Assembly: GCF_000185725.2 (NCBI RefSeq)
Contig: NZ_KI391954.1
Location: forward strand, 1,002,185 to 1,026,184
Source of the DNA: Segniliparus rugosus ATCC BAA-974
GTDB lineage: Bacteria > Actinomycetota > Actinomycetes > Mycobacteriales > Mycobacteriaceae
DNA: 24,000 bases
Reading direction: 5' to 3'
Made by a program: the position numbers and the translations under genes. The notes under the pieces were generated by a model. The model worked only from the letters and a program-made list of their open reading frames with translations. It searched no databases and was not told the origin of the DNA. Below, one piece after another: positions 16,405 to 24,000 of this stretch (positions are counted from its first letter, which is position 1; every line of letters begins with the position of its first letter).

Positions 16405-17322
16405 CTACGCGTCCGGGCCGGTCGAGTCGACCAGGTCTTGGCGGGGCAGCCAAAGCCGGACGACCGCCGTCCAGACTCCGGCGAGGACCAGGAGGGCCAG
16501 GAGGATCGCGACCCACTGCCATGCGGAGAAAGCGTTGACCGCGGCGGCGAGCCAGCTCTGCACGGCGAGCGCCATGGAGATGAGCGGGTTGTTCGGATCG
16601 CCGTTCGCCTGGAACAGACGGTATTCGTACCAGCCGTAGTAGCCGACGTACAGGCCGGTGGCGACGACGAGCGCGGCGCTGATGATGCTGATGTACGGCA
16701 GGACCCAGCGCAGGGCGGCGGAGATCACGTTGTGGGCCAGGGCCGCGGAGACGGCGAGCGAGCCCACCACGGCGGTCATGCCGCCCGCATAGGCGAGGCA
16801 GGCCAGCAGCCCCAAATTGTTCGCCCCGGACCGGAAAGTCAGGCTGATCACCGTGACGAACGAGCCGAAGCCGCAGGACAGCGACGAGATGGCGTACGCG
16901 ACGCCGTACCCGAACATCGAGCCGATCCGGGCAGTCGGAGTCCCGCCTGACCATTTCGGCAGCCGGACCACCACTTCATTGCCGCGCAGTATCCGCCAGA
17001 GGAACCACAGCCCGAGCACGATCATCGTCGCGCCGACGACCATGGTCGCGGCCGGGAGGTAGCGCTGGATCCGCCAGGAAAGAGAATCCGAGAGCAGGCC
17101 GAAGGAACCGAAGACCAGGACGAAGCCCAGCGCCATGGCGGCAGTGGCCACGAGCGCGCGCAGCGCCGAGGACAACGACCGCCTGCCTTCTTGCGTGGTG
17201 TCCTCGCCGAGGACGACGAGGGAGAGATAGGCCGGGAGCATGGCGAAACCGCAAGGGTTGAGCGCGCCGACCAACCCCTGGATGAAGGCGTAGTAGAGGA
17301 TCTGGGTGTGGGTCAGTTCCAT
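16405..17322 (-). CDS. CcdA/DsbD-type transmembrane thiol-disulfide electron transporter
   Basis: Polytopic protein with a conserved Cys in TM1 (LNPCGFAMLPAYL) and a second membrane Cys (SLSCGFGSF). It starts 25 nt after the upstream thioredoxin-like gene. Confidence 0.8.
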   Translation of the reverse strand: MELTHTQILYYAFIQGLVGALNPCGFAMLPAYLSLVVLGEDTTQEGRRSLSSALRALVATAAMALGFVLVFGSFGLLSDSLSWRIQRYLPAATMVVGATMIVLGLWFLWRILRGNEVVVRLPKWSGGTPTARIGSMFGYGVAYAISSLSCGFGSFVTVISLTFRSGANNLGLLACLAYAGGMTAVVGSLAVSAALAHNVISAALRWVLPYISIISAALVVATGLYVGYYGWYEYRLFQANGDPNNPLISMALAVQSWLAAAVNAFSAWQWVAILLALLVLAGVWTAVVRLWLPRQDLVDSTGPDA

Positions 17323-17347
17323 GTGATGGCTCGTTCTTCTTCCCGCG

Positions 17348-17878
17348 TCAGCTCAGCGTTTGCCGAGCCCGCTCAGAGAGGGCTTGTTCGGAGACCACGT
17401 CGGAGAGCGACGAGGCCTCGCCGGTGGGCTTGAGGAAGACGAAGGTGGGGATCGCGGTGACGTTGGAGCGGAAGAACGCCTCGCCCCTCAGGTCGGTGAC
17501 CTGTGTGATGCCGCCCAGCCCGTACTTTTGGACGAAACTCCTGATCTGCGCGAGCGCCTCCCCCTCCGAGGGCGCCCTCGACTTGCCCGCGATCCCGATG
17601 AAGGCCACCTGGGGGTTCGCCGCCGCCGCGCGCGCAACATGCTGCGCCTCCTGCATGCATTCGGGGCACCATGAGGCCCAGAACCACAACACGACCGGCT
17701 TGCCCGCGTAGTCCAGCCCGTTGAATGGCTTGCCGTCCAACGTCGTCGCGTGGAACTGGAGCTGCTGCGGGGCAGGGGCCGCTGCCGCTGCGGGCACGAG
17801 GGCCGCGGCGAGCAAGGCGAGCAGGGAGAAGGACGCAGCGCGCGCCCAGGATCGCCGCAGAGTCGTCGTTGCACTCAT
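17348..17878 (-). CDS. Secreted thioredoxin-like (TlpA/ResA/redoxin) thiol-disulfide oxidoreductase
   Basis: WCPEC active site (VVLWFWASWCPECMQE) and a signal peptide (SFSLLALLAAALVPAAAAAP). ATG 17878 is preferred because the longer ORF would overlap the MFS gene. Confidence 0.85.
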   Translation of the reverse strand: MSATTTLRRSWARAASFSLLALLAAALVPAAAAAPAPQQLQFHATTLDGKPFNGLDYAGKPVVLWFWASWCPECMQEAQHVARAAAANPQVAFIGIAGKSRAPSEGEALAQIRSFVQKYGLGGITQVTDLRGEAFFRSNVTAIPTFVFLKPTGEASSLSDVVSEQALSERARQTLS

Positions 17879-17933
17879 GGCGACAAGCTTAGGCTGGCGC
17901 GGAGCGAGGAACGCGCAACGGCTCCGACGCGTC

Positions 17934-19244
17934 TCACGCGTCGGAGCGATAGGCGGTGAAGCGGGGGAGGGCCAGCGCGGCAACTGCGATGCCGACGACC
18001 ACGAGGACTCCGCCGACCGCGGCGGCTCCGATCGGGCCGAGGACGGTCGAGCCGTAGCCGTGCAGCAAGTCGGCGACGCGCGGGCCGCCCGCCACCACGA
18101 GGAAGAACACGCCTTGCATTCGTCCGCGCAGCTCGTCGGGCGCGGCGGCCTGGAGCATCGTGGACCGGAACACGCTGGAGAACGTGTCGGCGAGGCCCGC
18201 GACGGCGAGACAGGCGAACGCGGCCCAGAACCCCGCCGCGCCCCAGACGGAGAGAGCCCCGCCGAACCCGGCGACGCCGATCCCCCAGGCGGCGATGGCG
18301 AGGATGATCGCGAGCCCTTGCCTGCGCACGTGGGGAACCCACCCGGAGAAGAGCCCGCCGAGGAACGCGCCGACCGGCACCGCGGCGTAGAGCAGGCCCA
18401 GGTGCGTTCCCCCGTGGATGGGGTCGCCGAGGACTGTGTGGGCTATTTCGGGGAAAAGCGCTCGAGGCATCCCGAAGATCATGGCGATGAGGTCGACGAC
18501 GAAGGTGGCGAGCAGGATTTGGTCCGCCCGCAAGTGGGAGAAGCCGTCGGCCAGAGCTTTGATGGCCTCGCGCGCCTTGGCTCCGGCGCTGTCGGGGCCC
18601 ACGCGGCGATCTGCGGCGTTGCCCGGCAGGCTCTGGCGCAGATTCGGCAGCCGGACCGCCGCGCTGATCGTCGCGCACACGGTCACGGCGTCGATGAGAT
18701 AAAGCCGGGAGAGGCCGACTCCGGGGACGTTCAACAGGACTCCGCCCAGCATCGGCCCGACGAAGGTGGTCAGCCCCACCACAGTGAAGTTCAGCGCGTT
18801 CGCGGCGGGCAACTGCCCGTGCGGGAGCAGCAGCGGGATGATGGCTCCTCGGGTCGGGTTGTTCACGGAGAAGAACGCCTGTTGCAGCGAGAAGAGCCCG
18901 AGGATGAGCCAGATTTGCGCCGAACCGCTCGCGACGGGCAGCGCGGCTTGGACCCAGAGCAGGACGGAGGTCGTCGCGAGCCCCGAGCTTGTGACGATCA
19001 GGATGCGCCTGCGGTCGTAGAGATCGGCCAAAACGCCGCCGAGCGGCGCGAGGACCAGCATCGGCAGCAGCGCGAAGAGCCCGGCGAGACCGACATAGGC
19101 GGAGCTTTTGGTGAGCTCGTACAGTTGCACGGGCACCGCGACAACGGTGAATTGCGCGCCGAGCTGGGACACCACGCCAGCGACCCACAGACGACGGAAC
19201 GACGGGGTTTTCAGCGGAGTGATGTCGGCCAGGAGCTTCGGCAT
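17934..19244 (-). CDS. MFS transporter (EntS/MFS_3-like, about 12 TM)
   Basis: From MPKLLADITPLKTPSFRRLWVAGVVSQLGAQFTVVAVPVQLYELT onward the protein is uniformly polytopic. The 200-aa N-terminal extension of the ORF is Arg/Gly-rich junk, so ATG 19244 was chosen. Confidence 0.85.
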   Translation of the reverse strand: MPKLLADITPLKTPSFRRLWVAGVVSQLGAQFTVVAVPVQLYELTKSSAYVGLAGLFALLPMLVLAPLGGVLADLYDRRRILIVTSSGLATTSVLLWVQAALPVASGSAQIWLILGLFSLQQAFFSVNNPTRGAIIPLLLPHGQLPAANALNFTVVGLTTFVGPMLGGVLLNVPGVGLSRLYLIDAVTVCATISAAVRLPNLRQSLPGNAADRRVGPDSAGAKAREAIKALADGFSHLRADQILLATFVVDLIAMIFGMPRALFPEIAHTVLGDPIHGGTHLGLLYAAVPVGAFLGGLFSGWVPHVRRQGLAIILAIAAWGIGVAGFGGALSVWGAAGFWAAFACLAVAGLADTFSSVFRSTMLQAAAPDELRGRMQGVFFLVVAGGPRVADLLHGYGSTVLGPIGAAAVGGVLVVVGIAVAALALPRFTAYRSDA

Positions 19245-19888
19245 GAGGGCTCCAGCATAAGCAGCCGTTCTCCGCCCGCGCGCCTCACGGGCGGCGAAGA
19301 GCTGAGGGCCGAGGGCTGCGGGGTCCGCGCGCCGATTGGGGCGGATCGGCTCGAGCGGTCGGAGTTCAGAGAGAAATTGCTGTTCCGCGCTCTGGATTCC
19401 ACCCCATCTTTCCCGCGAGGCAACCGGCGTCTTTGCTGCGCCTGCTCGCTGTTTTTCGCCTCGTCGGTCGCGCTGCTCGTGAGCGCCCTCATCTCGTGGA
19501 CCGCGCTGGCGCTCCTCGCGTACGGTCTCGCGCTGCGGGGAGCCGAGTCGCGCTGCGAACGAGTCCGACGCGACCCGATGGCAGGACTCGCGGCCGCGTG
19601 TCCAGGGCAGTTCTCGATGATGGCTTCCGTGATTTCGACTCTGCCATGCTCGGCGCGGCTGTCTTGCCTTTTCTCGGGGCATGGCAGTTCTTCCGCGCGC
19701 GTTCTGGGGCGCATCCCCGCCACTGGGCGACGCTGTTCGTCCTCCTCTTTTACTGCGCGGTCGCCCTCCAAGGCTCCGTCCGGTAGAAGGCAGCTGGATC
19801 CCGCCAGTCGAGTCTGCGTTCCCGGCGAGGAGCCTTCCTCCGGAACCGGGGGACACGCCCCTGCGCCGGTTGGCGGGTATGACGGCAG

Positions 19889-20950
19889 ATGCCTCGTTAT
19901 CCTGAGCCTATGCGTGGATCGGTCGTGTCTCAACGTGGTTTGGCACAGAATTTGGCAAGGTGGTGCGGTCTGGCGGTCGCGTTCGCTCTGATCGTGGCAA
20001 GTTTCTGCGCCGTGCGAAGCGCGGCGGACCCGGAGCCGCCCGCCGATCTTGGCCCGGCTCCGGCGGCAGTGCTGGAAGAGGTGCTGCAGATCGGCGACCC
20101 GGAGGCGTTGCGGCCGATCGATCTGTACCTCGATTTCATCGACCCGAACTGCGCGACGTTGATCCAGCTGTTCGGCGAGGAAATGCGCAAACAGATCGAG
20201 GCGCGCAAGCTCGTGGTGAATCTGCGGCTGGTCAGCTACCTCGACCCGTACTCAGCGTCGGCCTCTTATTCCAGCAGGGCGCTGATCGCCGCCTATTTGG
20301 TGACAGGGGAGTCGCAGACGGCGGACATGGCCTGGAAGTTCGTGCGAAGGCTTTTCGACAAGGACATCCAGCCGCATCAAGGCGCGCTCAAAGACCTCAC
20401 CGACCAAGAGCTGGCGGACATCGCCCGGCAGGTCGGGGCTCCGGAATCCGCTGCGCAGTTCATCGCGACCGGCCAAGACCGCGAGAACGTCGACTCGCAC
20501 CAAATCCATTTGCGGAACATGGCGAGGATGTCCGGCCAGGGGGGACGGGGAACGCCATGGGCCACCTTCATGGGCCACCCGTTCGTCTTGGACGCCGACG
20601 GCCAATGGTTGAACCAGCTGGTGTCACCGAGCTCGTCGACGGCCCCTGCGGAGACCGCCGACACCGGGGGGCTCGCCACAGGGGTGAACGTGCCGCACCA
20701 AGAAGTCGGACCGGAAGCCACCGTCACCCGTCCCTCGGAGACGCTGCCGCCCACGACGCAGGCTCCCGCTCCGGAAGGGGCTCCCGCTCCCGCTCCGGAA
20801 GGGGCTCCCGCTCCCGCTCCGGAGGGGGCTCCCGCGCCTACTCCGGCCCCTGCTCCTGCGCCGGAACAATCGCCCGCGCCGGAGGGGGCTCCCGCGCCCG
20901 CTCCCGCTCCGGAGCAATCGCCCGCGCCGCCCGCTGGGCCTGGCGAATGA
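19889..20950 (+). CDS. DsbA-like thioredoxin-fold protein (Rv2969c-like) with degenerate DPNC active site and Pro/Ala-rich C-terminal tail
   Basis: N-terminal TM/signal anchor (LAVAFALIVASFCAV). YLDFIDPNCATL aligns with YEDFLCPACGNF as I recall it for M. tuberculosis DsbA. YSSRALIAAYLV...LFDKDIQP matches YSSRAAAAAYCV...LFSKDIQP. The cis-Pro motif GTPW is retained. Alternative start at 19910. Confidence 0.75.
   Translation: MPRYPEPMRGSVVSQRGLAQNLARWCGLAVAFALIVASFCAVRSAADPEPPADLGPAPAAVLEEVLQIGDPEALRPIDLYLDFIDPNCATLIQLFGEEMRKQIEARKLVVNLRLVSYLDPYSASASYSSRALIAAYLVTGESQTADMAWKFVRRLFDKDIQPHQGALKDLTDQELADIARQVGAPESAAQFIATGQDRENVDSHQIHLRNMARMSGQGGRGTPWATFMGHPFVLDADGQWLNQLVSPSSSTAPAETADTGGLATGVNVPHQEVGPEATVTRPSETLPPTTQAPAPEGAPAPAPEGAPAPAPEGAPAPTPAPAPAPEQSPAPEGAPAPAPAPEQSPAPPAGPGE
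20761..20940 (+). repeat. Tandem 24-bp repeats (CCGGAAGGGGCTCCCGCTCCCGCT, about 3 copies) plus related PAPEQS units, coding a Pro/Ala-rich tail
   Basis: Translation reads APAPEGAPAPAPEGAPAPAPEGAPAPTPAPAPAPEQSPAPEGAPAPAPAPEQSPAPP. Near-identical DNA units occur at 20771-20794, 20795-20818 and 20819-20842. Confidence 0.85.
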
Positions 20951-23064
20951 TCGAAGCCGCCGTCGTCGCGCTCGTCGTCGCGGCGTTGCTCGTCCTGCCT
21001 GGCGCGGCGCTCGCGAAAGCGGCGGGCCTGCCCGGCGCGTCCGCGCTCGCGGCGGGCCCCGCCGTGACCCTCGGCGTGGTGGGGTTCGCGACGCTCTGGC
21101 TCGGCTTCACCCCGATCCGCTGGAACCTCGTCGCGGCCTCTGCGGTGTTCCTCCTGCTCTGGGCCGCGGCGGCGTACCGAGGCAGGGTCTGGCCCCCGGT
21201 GGAACCGGCAGAGCCCATGTCGAGGCGGTCGGCCGCCACGATCGGCTCGGGCGTGGCGATCGGCGCGGGGATCTTCAGCTACACCTGTCTGCGTTGGATG
21301 CAGCTGCGGACCTCTCGGGGGTTCGACAACATCAGCCAGGTCTGGGACGCCCTGTGGCACGCCAATTTGATCCGGTTCATCGCCGAGACCGGGGTCGCTT
21401 CCCCGATCCGCACCGGGGAGCTCATCAATTCGGACAACCACGACGGGCATTTCTATCCGGACGCCTGGCATGCGCTGGTCGCGCTCGGCGAGCCGGCCGC
21501 TGCGCTGCTCGGGGTCCGGTCCGGTTACCCCCAGCTGTACAACATCGCGTCGGTGATCACCCCCGCCGTCGTCCTCCCGATCAGCGCGGCTGCGTTGACG
21601 TGGCAGCTCGCGCGGGGCAAACTCGGGGAGCGGTGGGCCGCGTACGGGGCGAGCGCCGCCGCCGCGGGCTCGGCGCTGTTCCCTTCGCTCTACGAGGAAG
21701 AGGCTTTCGGCTCGGTCCCCTCCGCGGTGGCCATCGCCCTCGCCCCGGTGGTCGCAGTGCTCGCGATGTCGTGCGTGCGGGACCGGTCCCGGTTGCCGGT
21801 CGCCGTCCTCGCCCTCGCCGGGGTGACCGCCGCGCATCCTTCGGCGACGGTCGTGGTGGCGGCCTTGCTGATGCTCTGGTGGGCGACGCAGCTGCTGTGG
21901 AGCCCGGTCGCGACCCGTCTGAAGGATTTCGCGACCCTCGCGGCGATCCCCGCAGGCGCGGGGGCGCTGCTCGCCCCGATGGCTTTGGGCCTCAGGTCCG
22001 CTTCGAACGAGACCGACGCGTTCCCGTTCTACTGGTACGACCTCACTCTCACGCACGCCCAAGCGGCGTTGCGCACAGCGGGTCTCGTGTCGAGGACCGC
22101 GGACGAGAGCGCGCCGTTCGAGCATCGCGCGCACCTGATGCTGCCGTTGCTCGCCGTCGCGGCGGCGGGCCTGCTCGCGGCGTTGTGGCTGCGGCAGTGG
22201 TGGGCCCCGGTGCTCTGGGCGCTCTTCGTGGTGGTCGCCACGAACGATCTTGTGCCATTCGGCCCTGGCGTGTGCCATCCGTACCCGCAATGCGGGCCGT
22301 TGCCGCTGCATCCGGACGGCAGGCCCTCCTCGGACTGGCCGTCGTTCACCGTCCCGTGGTTCTTGGACAAAGCCAGCGGCAGCTTCTACCACGACCCCCA
22401 TCGCTTGGCCGAGGTGCTGACGCTGCTGGTGACCGGGTTCTTCGGCTTCGGGGTGGCTGCGGCGCTGTGCTGCGCCGAACGGCTTCTGCGCCCGGCGGCG
22501 TTCGCGCGCCGCTGGGCGGCCCCCTCGGCGTTCGGGCTCGTCATGGCGCTCATCCTTGGCTACGGGCACCACATGCGCCTCGAACGCGGGGCGCTGGCCT
22601 CGAGCAGCCGAAACGATTGGCTGGTCGGACCGGAAGACGTCAAGGCGTACCATTGGCTCGCCGCGCGGCCGGACGTGAACGGCACGGTCGTCCTCAACCA
22701 GCTCGAACAGGGCACCGGATGGATGTACGCGGAGGCGGGCCTGAAGCCGATGTTCGCGCACTATCGCAGCCCCAGCTTCAGCGCCGACCAAGCGTGCGTC
22801 TACTGGTTCGCCGCCTCGGCTGGCCGGGATTGGCGGGTCGCCGACGCGTTGCGGCGGCTGCGTGTCCGCTACGCTCTCCAGAGCCCGCCGAACTATTGGC
22901 CGGATCATCCAGACCCCTTCGTCCACCTCATCGACGCGCCCGGTGTCCTGCCGGTTTACCACGACGGGCCGGTGACGATCTACGAGTTCAGAGATCTGGC
23001 CGTGCGGCATGACCAGGAAGATCCGGTCGTCTCGAACGACCAGAACCATTTCTGCAAAGGCTGA
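20947..23064 (+). CDS. Large polytopic membrane protein with C-terminal soluble domain (GT-C-like architecture, function unknown)
   Basis: The ATG overlaps the upstream TGA (ATGA). About 12 or more hydrophobic helices are followed by a roughly 170-aa soluble C-terminus. The antisense 899-aa ORF is Arg-rich junk. Confidence 0.8.
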   Translation: MIEAAVVALVVAALLVLPGAALAKAAGLPGASALAAGPAVTLGVVGFATLWLGFTPIRWNLVAASAVFLLLWAAAAYRGRVWPPVEPAEPMSRRSAATIGSGVAIGAGIFSYTCLRWMQLRTSRGFDNISQVWDALWHANLIRFIAETGVASPIRTGELINSDNHDGHFYPDAWHALVALGEPAAALLGVRSGYPQLYNIASVITPAVVLPISAAALTWQLARGKLGERWAAYGASAAAAGSALFPSLYEEEAFGSVPSAVAIALAPVVAVLAMSCVRDRSRLPVAVLALAGVTAAHPSATVVVAALLMLWWATQLLWSPVATRLKDFATLAAIPAGAGALLAPMALGLRSASNETDAFPFYWYDLTLTHAQAALRTAGLVSRTADESAPFEHRAHLMLPLLAVAAAGLLAALWLRQWWAPVLWALFVVVATNDLVPFGPGVCHPYPQCGPLPLHPDGRPSSDWPSFTVPWFLDKASGSFYHDPHRLAEVLTLLVTGFFGFGVAAALCCAERLLRPAAFARRWAAPSAFGLVMALILGYGHHMRLERGALASSSRNDWLVGPEDVKAYHWLAARPDVNGTVVLNQLEQGTGWMYAEAGLKPMFAHYRSPSFSADQACVYWFAASAGRDWRVADALRRLRVRYALQSPPNYWPDHPDPFVHLIDAPGVLPVYHDGPVTIYEFRDLAVRHDQEDPVVSNDQNHFCKG

Positions 23065-23115
23065 GCCCTCGCCCACACGGGTGTGTTCGCGTCTTCTGCC
23101 GCGCGGCCCTGCTAG

Positions 23116-24000
<885 letters not shown>

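Noticed and set aside
20377-23076. 899-aa minus-strand ORF, plus similar very long ORFs at 17721..19991 (+), 3093..4427 (-), 14379..15671 (+), 9108..10142 (-), 7004..8320 (-) and 21294..23012 (+)
   Set aside because: Their translations are Arg/Pro/Gly/Ala-rich low-complexity strings, typical of shadow frames in 70% GC DNA. Each lies antisense to or out of frame with a CDS that has clear family motifs.

Overview
High-GC (about 70%) actinobacterial chromosome, most likely Mycobacteriales/Corynebacteriales. The core gene order matches the Mycobacterium tuberculosis Rv0979A-Rv0991c block: rpmF, mprA, mprB, pepD, moaB2, mscL, a SAF-domain protein and an Rv0991c-like zinc-ribbon protein. I support 28 protein-coding features. 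I found no tRNA, rRNA, CRISPR array, transposase or integrase. Left to right the window holds: (i) an operon of two modular cell-wall hydrolases with no signal peptide; (ii) a DUF1707 protein; (iii) a diaminopimelate-decarboxylase-like protein whose catalytic residues look substituted; (iv) a Cys-less ribosomal protein operon, rpmB-rpmG-rpsN-rpsR, divergent from rpmF; (v) mprA-mprB-pepD-moaB; (vi) a 515-bp AT-rich spacer followed by two tandem MspA-family porin genes, placed between moaB and mscL, which are direct neighbours in M. tuberculosis; (vii) mscL, the SAF-domain gene, the zinc-ribbon gene and an acyl-CoA synthetase; (viii) an MFS / thioredoxin-like / CcdA operon; (ix) a DsbA-like protein with a degenerate DPNC active site, start-stop overlapped with a roughly 705-aa polytopic membrane protein and followed by a GalE-like epimerase. 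The items most worth follow-up are: the hydrolase pair with helical N-terminal domains (possible type VII secretion cargo); the apparently inactive LysA paralogue; matching 8-3-8 direct repeats upstream of mprA and pepD; the porin insertion with a CRP-like palindrome in its AT-rich leader; a 1-nt frameshift in a G5C5 run at the 3' end of the second porin gene; and a 640-bp unannotated gap carrying hydrophobic ORF fragments in two frames. All functional calls rest on my own motif recognition and recalled family sequences. No database search was run.
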